Shown here: one piece after another, positions 51,013 to 62,295 of the stretch
How the letters are laid out: each line of letters opens with the position of its first letter
Position numbering within the stretch: the first letter of the stretch is position 1
Origin: Nitrospirales bacterium
GTDB lineage: Bacteria > Nitrospirota > Nitrospiria > Nitrospirales > UBA8639
Reading direction: 5' to 3'
Length of the DNA: 64,000 nt
Assembly (NCBI GenBank): GCA_963555755.3
Contig: OY820905.2
Span: forward strand, 2,944,001 to 3,008,000
Notes under the pieces: generated by a model
Seen by the model: the letters and a program-made list of their open reading frames with translations, nothing else
What the model was told of the DNA's origin: nothing
Database searches by the model: none
Translations under genes and position numbers: made by a program

Positions 51013-52056
51013 ATGATACTAGACCTATCTCAGATTTGGGTCTTTGGCCTATTGGTGGTGCTGGTTGCGTTGATCGGCGCGGGTGCGGTGGCGTTGGGTC
51101 TCAGCCTGTTTGCACGCTTGGCGGAACGGTCCAAATACCAGCTGGATGACATCTTGATTAAGCATTTGCGCCAGCCTTTGCAGTTCCTGTTACCAGTCTT
51201 ACTGGTTTATCCTCTTCTCGGGTTGACCGAGCTGCCTTTCCACCAGGAAGAAACCATTACCGGGATACTGAAAGTTCTGACGGTGATGTTGATCGCCTGG
51301 TTAGCAATACGTTCTGTGTGGGTAGGTGAAGAAGGGTTGCTACGACATTTTGATACCAGTGGCCCAGATAATCTTACCGCACGCCGGGTGCATACCCAAA
51401 TCAAACTCATGCGACAGGTCGTACTCTTTATTATTGTCATTCTCACCATAGCTGTGACCCTCATGATGTTTGAACCCTTGCGAGTGATCGGTGTCAGCAT
51501 GCTGGCCTCGGCCGGGATTGCCGGATTGATTATCGGGTTGTCCGCACAGAAAGTCCTGGGCAACTTGTTGGCCGGCATACAGATTGCTATCACCCAGCCG
51601 ATTCGCCTTGACGATGTCGTCATTGTCGAGAATGAGTGGGGTTGGATTGAAGAAATCACACTCACGTATGTTTTGGTCAAGATCTGGGATTTGCGCCGCT
51701 TGGTAGTACCAATTAGTTATTTCATTGAAAAGCCGTTCCAGAACTGGACTCGGACTTCTGCTGATATTCTTGGAACGGTATTTATTTATGCCGACTATAC
51801 CATTCCAATTGATAAGCTGCGCGAAGAACTTACTCGGATTCTACAATCCACCGACCTTTGGGATGGCAAGGTCAATGGGCTTCAGGTAACCAATGCCAAG
51901 GAGAATACCTTGGAGCTTCGAGCGTTGATGAGTGCTGCAGATTCCCCCAAGGCTTGGGATTTGCGCTGCTTGGTGCGGGAGCGACTGATTTCCTTTGTGC
52001 AGGAGCACTACCCACAGTGCCTACCAAAATACCGCGCGGATTTGAAGCAGCAGTAA
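51013..52056 (+). CDS. Small-conductance mechanosensitive channel (MscS family)
   Basis: TM helices, SAGIAGLIIGL.AQ..L.N..AG, GWIEEITLTY, FQNWTR. Confidence 0.92.
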   Translation: MILDLSQIWVFGLLVVLVALIGAGAVALGLSLFARLAERSKYQLDDILIKHLRQPLQFLLPVLLVYPLLGLTELPFHQEETITGILKVLTVMLIAWLAIRSVWVGEEGLLRHFDTSGPDNLTARRVHTQIKLMRQVVLFIIVILTIAVTLMMFEPLRVIGVSMLASAGIAGLIIGLSAQKVLGNLLAGIQIAITQPIRLDDVVIVENEWGWIEEITLTYVLVKIWDLRRLVVPISYFIEKPFQNWTRTSADILGTVFIYADYTIPIDKLREELTRILQSTDLWDGKVNGLQVTNAKENTLELRALMSAADSPKAWDLRCLVRERLISFVQEHYPQCLPKYRADLKQQ

Positions 52057-52179
52057 CTATCCGCTGTCATTCCAAAAAAGGGTAAAAATGGTCACAATTT
52101 GCCGCATTCAAAAATGAAGTGCACCACGTGCCTTCCGAGTGTTCAACCCTTAGGAAGGGGAATGGTTAGAGTCAGGATC

Positions 52180-54183
52180 TCAAAAGATCAAAGGAAGGGG
52201 TTGCACGAACCGCTCAGCGTAAAGGTGTTCGCGCACATTTGGGGGGAGCTGTTGAAGGGGAATACTTTTCACAATATGAAGAGATTTCTCTTCGGCTAAA
52301 TCACACGTCTTTGCCTCGGCTTGGGGAAAGTCGGGGTTATACAACATAATTGGAGGCTTTGTCCGCTTTTCAAAGTTCACGCCTGTTACCAGTCCCAAGG
52401 TTCCATTGGTGAGTTCCACAATACTCCCTGGTGGGTACACTCCCAACGCTTTGACCAGAGCAATAAAAACATCTCCCGATAGCCCCGACGCGGTTTCTTT
52501 CGGGACTGTAGAATGCAAGTTTGGCCCCGAAGTCGGCAGTCCGATGGGGATCAGTTCTCCATCCAATAACCAGGGGTCAGATCCACCATATTGTTTCGTA
52601 TGTAAGGCGACGATTTCTCGATGGAAAAGATGTGACAACGCCTGGGCGGGTGATAAATTATTGGAGGGATCTGGTTGATGACACAAATGGTCATATTCAT
52701 CCGCCACCATTACGATCTTCGTTAAGAAGGAAATCTCTTTCCCCTTCAGACCCTGGGGAATCCCGGTTCCGTTTAATCGCTCATGATGATGATAAATGAT
52801 GTCGAGACTTGCGGGTGGAATTGCCTTGAACTGTGCAACCTTTTTCTTGCCCCGTTGGCAATGCTGTAACCAATCGGGGTTCTTTGTTTTGGTTCCCGAG
52901 TGTCTGGCTTCAACAATAGGTCCGGGAGAAGAAAGTTTTCCGATATCATGCAACAGTGCGCCTAACCCCAACGCAGAGAATTCAGATTGGTCCAAGTCAA
53001 ATTCCCGACCAATCAACAGGGACAGCATGCATACATTAAAGGCGTGGGTGAAAAACGGATCCTCAGCATCCATTGAACCAAAGAGGTCAATGAGTGCACC
53101 CGCGGTTTCCTGGTTTCCCAAAGCCCTTTGCAAATCCTCAATGACTTGATGCCCGATTTTGAGGCCTATCCCCTGCCCCTCAAACATCCGTTTAAGAGCC
53201 ATTTTGGTTTGCCAACACGCGTGGTGGTACAAATGGGCAGCTCGTTCTAAATCCGATGCCTGAATTTGACAGATTTGGGGTTTGTCCCGCTGCGTGTGCT
53301 CTTGTTGTTGAGGCAAAAGATCATCAGAAGGGAAAAGGAGTTGTTCATGGCTGACTTCGTGTTCAACATCTATCTCACTCATTTGTTCGCCCTGAGGAGC
53401 TGGGTCCGAAGGATTCTGAGTGGCTTCGATCGATTCAGGAGGAGTACTGTGATCGGTCTCAGGAGAGGAGAAGGCCGCCACCGGTATGGGCAGATCACCA
53501 ACCTCTTTGGTTTCCAAATCCCTATTGTCATCCTTAGGCACAGTCACACCTGGGGACAAAGAAGCTCGAGCAACTTCGAGTGGATCGGGACAGTCACATT
53601 CCACACTTTCACTAGAAGGTACCGATTCTTCAGGAATGGTTGCATGTGGCCCTTCCACGGGTTCCAGGGCATTTTCTTGATTCTCCAAAATCAGGAAGGC
53701 CGGTTCCAAAGTTCGCAGATCCCCAGGGAGTGGTTCTAAAATAGACGCGCTTTCGGTTGTTGATGATGTTTGAGTGGCGAGGTGCGTTTCAGAATTCTGG
53801 CCTTCTTCCCGTTCGAGCGGGCTTGGCTGACTCTGGTCAACAAGGAAGTCGGAGACCAGAGATGGCTGACCGGCTGGGAATAGAGAAGGAGAAGGGGCGA
53901 ACTCGGAGGGGGGCAGGTTTGAATCGGCAACCGTTATCGGCTGATCACCACTGATTTCTTGTTCAAGGGTGGCAGGAAGACTTCCAACAATTGCCGGGTC
54001 AAGCCCCGACAAGGCCGGGTCAAAAAAGAGTCTGACATGAGGGATCTCCTTCAAAACGGCGAGTGTAATAGGAGAAGTAATTTTAAATTCTTTTTCTGAA
54101 AATGGATTATCTCGTTTCAAACATTCGAGTTTGACAAACAGCCCAACCCGCAGATCTTCAACCCTAATCGGAATAAAGGCCAC
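52180..54183 (-). CDS. HD-GYP-type phosphohydrolase with DUF3391-like N-terminus
   Basis: I.VEDLRVG.FV, LLHDIGK, HHERLNGTGIP.GL, LGVYPPGS.VEL; long acidic/Pro-rich linker. Confidence 0.85.
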   Translation of the reverse strand: MAFIPIRVEDLRVGLFVKLECLKRDNPFSEKEFKITSPITLAVLKEIPHVRLFFDPALSGLDPAIVGSLPATLEQEISGDQPITVADSNLPPSEFAPSPSLFPAGQPSLVSDFLVDQSQPSPLEREEGQNSETHLATQTSSTTESASILEPLPGDLRTLEPAFLILENQENALEPVEGPHATIPEESVPSSESVECDCPDPLEVARASLSPGVTVPKDDNRDLETKEVGDLPIPVAAFSSPETDHSTPPESIEATQNPSDPAPQGEQMSEIDVEHEVSHEQLLFPSDDLLPQQQEHTQRDKPQICQIQASDLERAAHLYHHACWQTKMALKRMFEGQGIGLKIGHQVIEDLQRALGNQETAGALIDLFGSMDAEDPFFTHAFNVCMLSLLIGREFDLDQSEFSALGLGALLHDIGKLSSPGPIVEARHSGTKTKNPDWLQHCQRGKKKVAQFKAIPPASLDIIYHHHERLNGTGIPQGLKGKEISFLTKIVMVADEYDHLCHQPDPSNNLSPAQALSHLFHREIVALHTKQYGGSDPWLLDGELIPIGLPTSGPNLHSTVPKETASGLSGDVFIALVKALGVYPPGSIVELTNGTLGLVTGVNFEKRTKPPIMLYNPDFPQAEAKTCDLAEEKSLHIVKSIPLQQLPPNVREHLYAERFVQPLPLIF

Positions 54184-54752
54184 TGTGATGTGTTCCTAAT
54201 AGAGGTTTTGTCTTCCATGGCAGGAAGAGCGTATGGAGCTGGCTTGTCTCACTCACCACTCCACCCCATCGAAGCCTATAGATATGGACAATCCTCGATG
54301 AATGTAGTCCAAGATGATTTCTAAGGTTTTCTTATCGGATTTCCTTCATGAAATTCTAATAGCCCGAAACCAAGTTATGTAGGACAGTCAAAAGATGGTG
54401 TATCCTCCTTGGTGAAGGGCCATGGGGGCCAGGCCGGTGGCCGTCTTCTTTGGGCTACATTCATCGAGGATAGTCGTTGATGCTGAGGTGACCTTGGCGT
54501 GCTCCCCAGATTTGGGCCACCGAATATGTTAGGTTTTCCTCAACCTGAGGAGGACCTATATGAAGAAAAAACGGTTTTCGGAAAAACAAGGGCCGGGTGG
54601 CTGCGCGTGATTGCTCACCCGTAGCCCCCCGGCCCTTTTCAATCGTATTCCGGAACTGGCTCAAACGGTCTAACTTAATTGCCGGATATTGGGATCGACC
54701 ACGAAGTCACCCACCAAGTGATAGCGCGGATCAAGGAAAGATGTACTGTAGT

Positions 54753-55706
54753 TTACACAGCTTCTTTTTTTTGGTGGTGGGCGTACAGATATTGTGAAGG
54801 AACCGGTCTAAGATCCCATATCAGCCCCAACCAAGAGAGAACCACGAGCCCATAATACGTGATATCGATTTCCCACCAGAAAAAACCTTGGCGGGCGGAT
54901 GAGGCATAATGGTGATGATTGTTATGCCATCCCTCTCCCAAGGTGATGATGGCCAAGTATGGGTTATTTCGACTTTCATCGGAGGTATCATAGCGTTTCT
55001 TCCCCAGCAAATGGGACAGAGAATTAATCGTACTGGTCCCATGCAAAAGAACCACCGTTGAAATAAAAAATCCCCAAATCAACATTTGCATTCCGTTGGT
55101 GCCAAGACCAGGGGCATAGGCGTGTAATAATTCCCCAAAGCCAAATACCGACACGGCAAATAAAAGGGGAACCATGGTGTCAAAGCGGTTCAGGAACTGC
55201 AGCTCTGGAAATTTTGAAAAATCCCCAACCAGATCATGCTTGGTGGCAAAATTTTGCTTGGAGGTGAGCCAACCAATCTGGCTCCACCAAAATCCAGTAT
55301 GATGCGGGGAATGAAGATCCTGTTTTTTATCAGAGTACCGGTGATGCGTGCGATGATGCGCGGCCCACCATAATGGTCCCCGTTGGACAGCAGTTGCCCC
55401 GGCCAGAGCAAAAATAAATTGGCATGTTCGAGTTGTTCGAAAAGCTCTATGAGAAAAATAGCGATGATAAAATCCCGTGATTGCAAACATTCGAAGTATA
55501 TACAAGGCAACAGCGACTGCAACTGCGGTACTACTCCAGCCTACCCATAAGACCCCCAAGCACATAAAATGCATGAAGAAAAAGGGCGATGATTGGACCC
55601 AATCTATCCGATGAGGATCTTTTGAAGGGTCAATGGACTCTGTCGCATGGCAATCAAACCAACGGATAATAGATTTAATAATACTCGGCTGAGTCAGCAA
55701 AGACAT
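54753..55706 (-). CDS. Acyl-CoA (delta-9-type) desaturase
   Basis: His boxes HRYFSH, HRTHH, GEGWHNNHH. Confidence 0.92.
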   Translation of the reverse strand: MSLLTQPSIIKSIIRWFDCHATESIDPSKDPHRIDWVQSSPFFFMHFMCLGVLWVGWSSTAVAVAVALYILRMFAITGFYHRYFSHRAFRTTRTCQFIFALAGATAVQRGPLWWAAHHRTHHRYSDKKQDLHSPHHTGFWWSQIGWLTSKQNFATKHDLVGDFSKFPELQFLNRFDTMVPLLFAVSVFGFGELLHAYAPGLGTNGMQMLIWGFFISTVVLLHGTSTINSLSHLLGKKRYDTSDESRNNPYLAIITLGEGWHNNHHHYASSARQGFFWWEIDITYYGLVVLSWLGLIWDLRPVPSQYLYAHHQKKEAV

Positions 55707-55785
55707 TCTTCAACTCCTGCTGGTGTGCTTCAATAAATGTCGGAAATAGGGGCTGGATCTTGATTGTTGCACAATAATAAGCCTG

Positions 55786-55819
55786 AAAAAAGACTTAGAT
55801 GTGAGCCAAGTCTTTTTTT
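55786..55819. other. Inverted repeat upstream of the desaturase (regulatory or terminator-like)
   Basis: AAAAAAGACTT-N11-AAGTCTTTTTT. Confidence 0.4.
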
Positions 55820-56203
55820 AAGAGTTTTTCTGTATTTGTAAGGTATCTAACAGACAGCTATTAATGGCCTATGTTAGAAATTGGACCCGGTTCCCCCAGA
55901 AGCCACCCTGGGGGCAACCTCCTTAGGTGAGGAGTCTCATTCCGCAAGGGATGGGCCCCTTTTTGTATTCGATCACGGCCCAAATACTGCTCACGGGGGG
56001 GCATATTACTATTCTAAGAATCAATTTGACAAGGACTGATTCAGGAAATGTTTGGGCTCCTATGAACTTTCGTTAGCTGCAATATTGTGGGACCGGTAAA
56101 TTTGGGGTATAACCCCCCTCGCGACGATCACTAATCTCGGACAGGCTCCTGGTAGTCCTCATGGTATCGTACATGTGAAAATTCTCTTAAACTGGAGATT
56201 CGT

Positions 56204-56989
56204 ATGCGAGTCGCCCTCCTGTGTATTTTCAGTCTACTCCTATGGTCTCCGACCGGGTTGGCCAAGGTCCAAACCAAAGTCATTCCCTATCAAGATGGCG
56301 ATGTGCAATTGGAAGGGGTCTTAGCGTGGGATGATGCGAGCACCGGCACACGGCCTGGCGTGTTAGTGGTGCATGAGTGGTGGGGGTTAAATGAGTACGC
56401 GCGGGATCGTGCTCGGCAACTTGCGAAACTCGGCTATGTTGCGTTTGCGGTGGATATGTACGGCAAAGATAACGTCACCACGCACCCGGATCAGGCAGGC
56501 AAATGGATGAAACAGGTGCAAGCCAGCGTTAGCCATTGGCAAGCCCGCGCCATTAAAGGGCTGGCGGTCCTCCGAAGCCAGGATCATGTCGATAGGCATA
56601 ACATCGCCGCCATTGGATATTGTTTTGGAGGCGCGACAGTGATCCAATTAGCCTATAGTGGTGCTGAGGTAAAGGGCGTCGTCAGTTTCCATGGGGCGTT
56701 GCCTTTGCCCACCGCCCAACAAGCGAACAAGGTCAAAGCCAAGATGCTGATTGCCCATGGCAATGCCGACGCGTTTTTGAAAGAAGAGCATATTCAGAAA
56801 TTCAGAAATGCGCTGGACAAATCGAGCATTGATTGGCACATGGTGTTGTACGCCGGTGCACGGCACAGTTTCACTAACCCAGGCGCGGATGCGCATGGCA
56901 TGGATGCTTTGAAATACGACCAACAGGCGGATGAACGGTCGTGGGCTCACATGCAATTGTTTTTTGATGAAATCTTTGGAAACCCGTAA
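56204..56989 (+). CDS. Dienelactone hydrolase family protein (signal peptide)
   Basis: HEWWG, GYCFGG, SFHG, Y.GA.HSF. Confidence 0.93.
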   Translation: MRVALLCIFSLLLWSPTGLAKVQTKVIPYQDGDVQLEGVLAWDDASTGTRPGVLVVHEWWGLNEYARDRARQLAKLGYVAFAVDMYGKDNVTTHPDQAGKWMKQVQASVSHWQARAIKGLAVLRSQDHVDRHNIAAIGYCFGGATVIQLAYSGAEVKGVVSFHGALPLPTAQQANKVKAKMLIAHGNADAFLKEEHIQKFRNALDKSSIDWHMVLYAGARHSFTNPGADAHGMDALKYDQQADERSWAHMQLFFDEIFGNP

Positions 56990-57072
56990 GTGCCCATAAG
57001 TGGATGTTTTCGCACGCCTGACCAACGATCGTTCCTGGAATACTATTTTCGCCAACCCTGACCTCCTTCCCT

Positions 57073-58326
57073 ATGGAATTATTTGACATCCTTGCCATCC
57101 TGTTGAGCCTGACGGCGGGCTTTGCGTATCTCAACCATCGGTTTATCGGGTTGCCCGTCACGATTGGGGTCATGGTGATTGCGCTCCTGGCCTCTTTACT
57201 GCTTCAGATGATTGATCTGCTCGGGTTTCATTTGGGGGAATACGCGGCACACTGGCTTGGCACGATTGATTTCAATAAGACCCTGCTTCATGGCATGCTG
57301 AGCTACCTACTGTTTGCGGGGGCTCTTCACGTCAACCTCGGTGATTTGCAGGATCAAAAATGGGCCATAGGCTTGTTAGCGACTGTTGGGACCGTCATCT
57401 CAACCTTTTTAGTCGGGACCATAACTTGGTGGGTGCTCTCCCTCTTGGATGTTCCTCTTTCCTTCATCATGTGCCTGGTGTTTGGGGCACTCATTTCGCC
57501 GACCGACCCCATTGCGGTGTTGGGAATTTTGAAAAATGCTGGAGCTCCCAAACGTTTGGAAGTCAAAATCACCGGAGAATCGTTGTTTAATGATGGAGTG
57601 GGTGTGGTGATTTTTTTGCTTATAGTCGAAGTCGCCACTGAGACACATGAACCCACCATGGGTCATATTGTTGGACTGTTTGCCCAAGAAGCCATCGGTG
57701 GAGGGATATTTGGGTTAGCGTTGGGGGCTCTGGCCTACTGGCTTCTGAAAAGTATCGACCAGTACCAAGTGGAAGTCATTATCACGTTGGCTCTGGTGAC
57801 AGGCGGCTATGCCTTGGCCAATGCCCTTCATTTGTCCGGGCCGATTGCCATCGTGGTGGCGGGCCTATTAATTGGGAATCAAGGACGTCAATTCGCCATG
57901 TCTGAACAAACACGGGAACACCTGGATGGGTTTTGGGAATTACTGGATGAAATCCTGAACTCGGTGTTATTTGTGCTCATTGGCTTGGAAGTCTTAGTCC
58001 TCACCTTTACCCAGGAATATCTGTTCGCGAGTCTGGCATTAATCCCGCTGATTTTATTGTGCCGGTTCGTGGCAATTGGGGTGCCCATGACCGTCCTTCG
58101 GCTGGTGCGAACCTTTACCCCAGGGGCCATCTGGATAATGACCTGGGGAGGCCTGCGTGGAGGCATCAGCGTGGCGTTAGCCTTATCGTTACCCGCTAGC
58201 CCGGAGCGGGACCTGATCTTGGCTATCACCTATGTGGTGGTGGTGTTCTCGATCGTTGTGCAGGGGTTAACCATGGACAAGTTGGTGAAACGCCTTGTCC
58301 CTGCTGAAGGGGATGCGGCAACCTGA
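57073..58326 (+). CDS. Na+/H+ antiporter, CPA1/NhaP family
   Basis: ISPTDPIAV, GESLFNDG, WGGLRG. Confidence 0.93.
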   Translation: MELFDILAILLSLTAGFAYLNHRFIGLPVTIGVMVIALLASLLLQMIDLLGFHLGEYAAHWLGTIDFNKTLLHGMLSYLLFAGALHVNLGDLQDQKWAIGLLATVGTVISTFLVGTITWWVLSLLDVPLSFIMCLVFGALISPTDPIAVLGILKNAGAPKRLEVKITGESLFNDGVGVVIFLLIVEVATETHEPTMGHIVGLFAQEAIGGGIFGLALGALAYWLLKSIDQYQVEVIITLALVTGGYALANALHLSGPIAIVVAGLLIGNQGRQFAMSEQTREHLDGFWELLDEILNSVLFVLIGLEVLVLTFTQEYLFASLALIPLILLCRFVAIGVPMTVLRLVRTFTPGAIWIMTWGGLRGGISVALALSLPASPERDLILAITYVVVVFSIVVQGLTMDKLVKRLVPAEGDAAT

Positions 58327-58777
58327 CGGAAGATTTGCCATGTCATCGCCGTTTTTACGGTGAATCGATCTCTGTGCGTTGGAGCAGGGAATCCAGCACG
58401 GCTTCTTGGACGGTGGTACAGGGATCAAGCAACGCCTGTGTCAACGCCTCCATAGATCGTCGTTCCTGTTTCTTCCAGAGTCGATCCCGTTCATTGGCAG
58501 TGGGGTATCCCCTTCGGTTGCCGGGTTCCTGCTGACTCGTTAATCCAGTCACCATGGTAAGGGCCAGTTGTGCTCGTGGGTCGAGTGTCATAATACCTTC
58601 CTGTACATAGGGCGTTGGTGGGTGGAAAGGTCTCTCACGCTATAGCTACGCAAGGATCGTACCAAAAATTTTGGTCGGGACTGAAAAGAAGGTTCAACGA
58701 AAAACGTGGATGTTTAGCGTGCTTCGTTCTGTTCAATAATTCATCGGACATCCGATCGGTAAACAAGAGTCACAATT

Positions 58778-59953
58778 TTGGCGACAGGAGTCATAGAAAC
58801 CAACACCATTAATTTATTCATCGCCATACTGGCCGCAGGTTTTTGGGTGCCGGTGGGAATACTATTGGTGCTCAAAAGACATGCGCTGAGAGTCTTGAAA
58901 ACCGTACCGGTCGAGGAGAATCAACCAATGCCGAGCATTTCAATTGTGATTCCCGCACGAAATGAAGAGCGCAATTTGGAGCACGCCCTGCAGTCGGTCT
59001 TGGGGTTGGACTACCCTGATTTGGAGATTATGGTGGTGAACGATCGGTCAACCGATGGGACCGGAGACATCCTTGAAAAACTGGCGAAGGATGATCTGCG
59101 GCTCACGCTATTACATATCGAATCGTTACCAGAAGGCTGGTTGGGAAAAACGCATGCCCTACACAAGGGCGCTCAACAAGCTCAAGGAGAATTCATCCTG
59201 TTTACGGATGCGGATATCGTGTTTCATCCGTTCGTGCTCAGAAAAGCCTTGAGCCATGTTCAGGCCAACGGATTAGATCATTTGACTATCGTACCCGAAG
59301 ACACCATGCCCGGGGTTTTTCTCAGAGTCCTCTCCGCCACGTTTGGAATATTTATGTTCATCATATTTCAACCATGGAAAGCGCGAAATCCCAGGAGCCG
59401 ACGATACATGGGCATCGGAGCGTTTAATTTAATCCGAACATCTGTGTATAAGACGATCGGAGGCCACGAGGCCATCGCTCTCAGGCCGGATGACGATCTT
59501 AAGTTTGGAAAACTGGTAAAGCGCAACGGCTACCGCCAAGAAGTGGTGAATGGCAAAGGAATGGTCGCGGTAGAGTGGTATCGATCAGTACCAGAGTTGA
59601 TTCACGGCCTCATGAAAAATATGTTTGCCGGAATGGAATACCGCCTGTCGGTCGTCATCCTGGCCACCATTGGATCGCTACTCTTTCACCTCTGGCCATG
59701 GATCGGGATGTGGTTCACCACGGGATGGGCCCAAACGTTGTTTGCCCTCACCGTATTCATGATGGTCGGAAGCTTCGGATTCGCCCTAGCCCCGTTTGGC
59801 GTAAAGCCCTGGCACGGCCTGTTCCTTCCTCTTACGATCAGCCTGTTGGTCTACATCCAATGGCGCGCGACGATTCTGACCTTGTGGCAAGGCGGTATCA
59901 CCTGGCGAGGTACGTTTTATCCTCTACGGCAGCTACGGGCCAACAAGGTGTAA
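58778..59953 (+). CDS. Membrane glycosyltransferase family 2
   Basis: IPARNEE, NDRSTD, GWLGK, FTDAD, DD; C-terminal TMs ending in WRG. Start uncertain. Confidence 0.9.
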   Translation: MATGVIETNTINLFIAILAAGFWVPVGILLVLKRHALRVLKTVPVEENQPMPSISIVIPARNEERNLEHALQSVLGLDYPDLEIMVVNDRSTDGTGDILEKLAKDDLRLTLLHIESLPEGWLGKTHALHKGAQQAQGEFILFTDADIVFHPFVLRKALSHVQANGLDHLTIVPEDTMPGVFLRVLSATFGIFMFIIFQPWKARNPRSRRYMGIGAFNLIRTSVYKTIGGHEAIALRPDDDLKFGKLVKRNGYRQEVVNGKGMVAVEWYRSVPELIHGLMKNMFAGMEYRLSVVILATIGSLLFHLWPWIGMWFTTGWAQTLFALTVFMMVGSFGFALAPFGVKPWHGLFLPLTISLLVYIQWRATILTLWQGGITWRGTFYPLRQLRANKV

Positions 59954-59989
59954 AACAAAGGAAATACCCAAGCATGAGGTAGTTCCAGG

Positions 59990-60388
59990 GTGTACAATGA
60001 AAAAATGACTAAAATATTGACTTATTCTTGGTTAAAAAAAGGGATTGTGGTGGGAGTGGTTTTTTCCGCCTCAATCGTCTTGGGAATGCCTTCTTCGTTG
60101 CGAATTCAAATTGAGGCATGGTCTCCCTATTACTCCCCGGCTTTAGCGTCGGTGGTCTCAGGCACATTAGTTCGGTGGGAGAATCCCACCGCGACCCACC
60201 ACACGGTGACCCACGACGGTTGTAATCAAGGAGGTTCATGTCTCTTTGATTCTGGTGCGATTTCACCTTATGGCATGTTTGAATTGCCAGAATTGCCTCC
60301 TGGGTACTATCCCTACCACTGTACACTTCATCCCATCATGCGCGGGGTCTTGGTCGTGACCGACGTGCGTGACTCAGCGGAGATTTAA
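59990..60388 (+). CDS. Cupredoxin/plastocyanin-like protein
   Basis: W.N....HTVT and YHCTLHPIMRG type-1 copper ligands. Confidence 0.85.
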   Translation: MYNEKMTKILTYSWLKKGIVVGVVFSASIVLGMPSSLRIQIEAWSPYYSPALASVVSGTLVRWENPTATHHTVTHDGCNQGGSCLFDSGAISPYGMFELPELPPGYYPYHCTLHPIMRGVLVVTDVRDSAEI

Positions 60389-60500
60389 ATTTCCCTCCTT
60401 TCCCTTTTAGGGACCATCAACTTGACAAGAATAAAAAGGAATTTTATGTATTTCTATATATGGTCTTACCACGGACTCTTAAAATCTTCGGTTTGTGTTT

Positions 60501-61457
60501 ATGAAATTGATGGTTGACATACAACAGCTTCGGAAAACCTTTGGGCCGATTGTAGCCGTGGATCAGGTGTCGTTTACCGTTACCCAGGGAGAGGTGCTAG
60601 GATTTTTAGGACCAAATGGCGCTGGGAAATCCACGACCATGAAAATGATCACCGGGTTCCTGACCCCAACCAGCGGAACCGTCAAGGTCAACGGATTTGA
60701 CATTCAAGCCCAACCCCTCGATGCCAAACGAACGATGGGCTATCTTCCCGAAGGTGGTCCTGCCTATGGGGATATGACGCCTCTGAGTTTTCTGTCGTTC
60801 ATCGGTGAAATGCGAGGGTTTCGAGGTGCGGACTTACAGCGTCGTGTGGGAGAGACTATCAAAAAGGTAAATCTTGAGAGTGTGATTCAACAGCCCATTG
60901 AAACCTTATCCAAGGGATTCAAGCGACGGGTGGGATTGGCCCAGGCCATTGTGCATGACCCCTCCGTGTTGATCCTGGATGAGCCAACCGACGGTCTCGA
61001 TCCCAATCAGAAACATGAGGTTCGCGCGCTCATTAAAGAGATGGCCAGGGAAAAGGCCATTATTCTTTCGACGCATATTTTAGAAGAAGTACAGGCGGTG
61101 TGTACTCGCGCTATAATTATTGCCAAAGGCAAAGTGATTACCGATGGCACACCAGCGGAATTGGAGGCCCGGTCTCGCTATCACAATGCGGTGGTCCTGC
61201 GGTTGCGAGGACCAATCTCGGATGGAGTGTTAGCTATTCTGGAAAGCCTGCCAGGCGTGAAAGCCATCGAGGAACTTTACGATGACATGGCCGAAAACGG
61301 GTATCGGGTCATCCCGGAAAACGGGCAACCAATTCTCAGTGCGGTCAGTCAATGTGTGCAAAAACAAAACTGGGATGTGGCTGAGTTATCCGTTGACCGA
61401 GGGCAATTGGATGAGGTGTTTCGGTCATTGACAATGCCAACGCAGGCGTTAACGTAA
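60501..61457 (+). CDS. ABC transporter ATP-binding protein (GldA-like)
   Basis: GPNGAGKST, LSKG, LDEPT, H-loop STH. Confidence 0.93.
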   Translation: MKLMVDIQQLRKTFGPIVAVDQVSFTVTQGEVLGFLGPNGAGKSTTMKMITGFLTPTSGTVKVNGFDIQAQPLDAKRTMGYLPEGGPAYGDMTPLSFLSFIGEMRGFRGADLQRRVGETIKKVNLESVIQQPIETLSKGFKRRVGLAQAIVHDPSVLILDEPTDGLDPNQKHEVRALIKEMAREKAIILSTHILEEVQAVCTRAIIIAKGKVITDGTPAELEARSRYHNAVVLRLRGPISDGVLAILESLPGVKAIEELYDDMAENGYRVIPENGQPILSAVSQCVQKQNWDVAELSVDRGQLDEVFRSLTMPTQALT

Positions 61458-61462
61458 AAAGA

Positions 61463-61538
61463 CGTGAAGCGTGAAGCGTGATACGTGAAGCGGAAAAATA
61501 TACTTCCGCCTCCCCACACATTACGCATTACACCTCAC
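61463..61538. repeat. Heptamer tandem repeats in inverted arrangement
   Basis: CGTGAAG x2, CGTGATA, CGTGAAG, then CATTACG CATTACA CCTCAC; same family as 13711-13803. Confidence 0.65.
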
Positions 61539-61548
61539 AGAGGAAAAC

Positions 61549-62283
61549 ATGGGCAGAATCGGGGTCATTTTTAAACGCGAACTCACTGGGTACTTTGCCA
61601 CACCGATTGCGACGGTGTTCATTGTCATCTTCCTGATGTTGGCTGGCACCTTTACGTTTTACTTGGGAAACTTCTTCGCACGTGGCCAGGCTGATCTCCT
61701 ACCTTTTTTCAATTTTCACCCGTGGCTCTATTTGGTGTTGATTCCGGCCCTGGCCATGCGCATGTGGGCGGAGGAACGTCGAGAGGGTACCATCGAATTG
61801 TTGTTCACCCTTCCCGTCACATTGTGGGAAGCCGTGGTTGGTAAATTTTTAGCGGCCTGGTGTTTTACGGGAATTGCCCTCGCACTGACCTTTCCCATGT
61901 GGGTGACCGTGAATGTGTTGGGTGAGCCTGATAACGGTGTGATTCTCGCGGGGTACATTGGCAGCTTTCTTATGGCTGGTGGATTTATGGCGATTGGCTC
62001 ATGCGTGTCGGCCTTCACCAAAAACCAGGTGATCGCCTTTGTGATTAGTGTGGTCGTAGGGTTGGGCTTTATGTTGAGCGGCTTTCCAATGGTGTTGGAT
62101 TTCTTCAGTGGATGGACGCCACAATTTTTCCTGGAACTCATAAGTTCGTTCAGTTTTCTCACGCACTTTAATGCCATCAGTCGCGGAGTGATCGATATTC
62201 GAGATATTGTCTACTTCCTCTCTCTCATTGGCTTTTGGCTGTTTGCGACCGCGTTAATTTTGGAATGGAAAAAGGCTGAGTAA
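61549..62283 (+). CDS. ABC transporter permease (GldF-like)
   Basis: REL..YF..P, MR.WAEERR.GT.ELL.TLP, NQVIAF. Confidence 0.92.
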   Translation: MGRIGVIFKRELTGYFATPIATVFIVIFLMLAGTFTFYLGNFFARGQADLLPFFNFHPWLYLVLIPALAMRMWAEERREGTIELLFTLPVTLWEAVVGKFLAAWCFTGIALALTFPMWVTVNVLGEPDNGVILAGYIGSFLMAGGFMAIGSCVSAFTKNQVIAFVISVVVGLGFMLSGFPMVLDFFSGWTPQFFLELISSFSFLTHFNAISRGVIDIRDIVYFLSLIGFWLFATALILEWKKAE

Positions 62284-62295
62284 ACACATAAGACG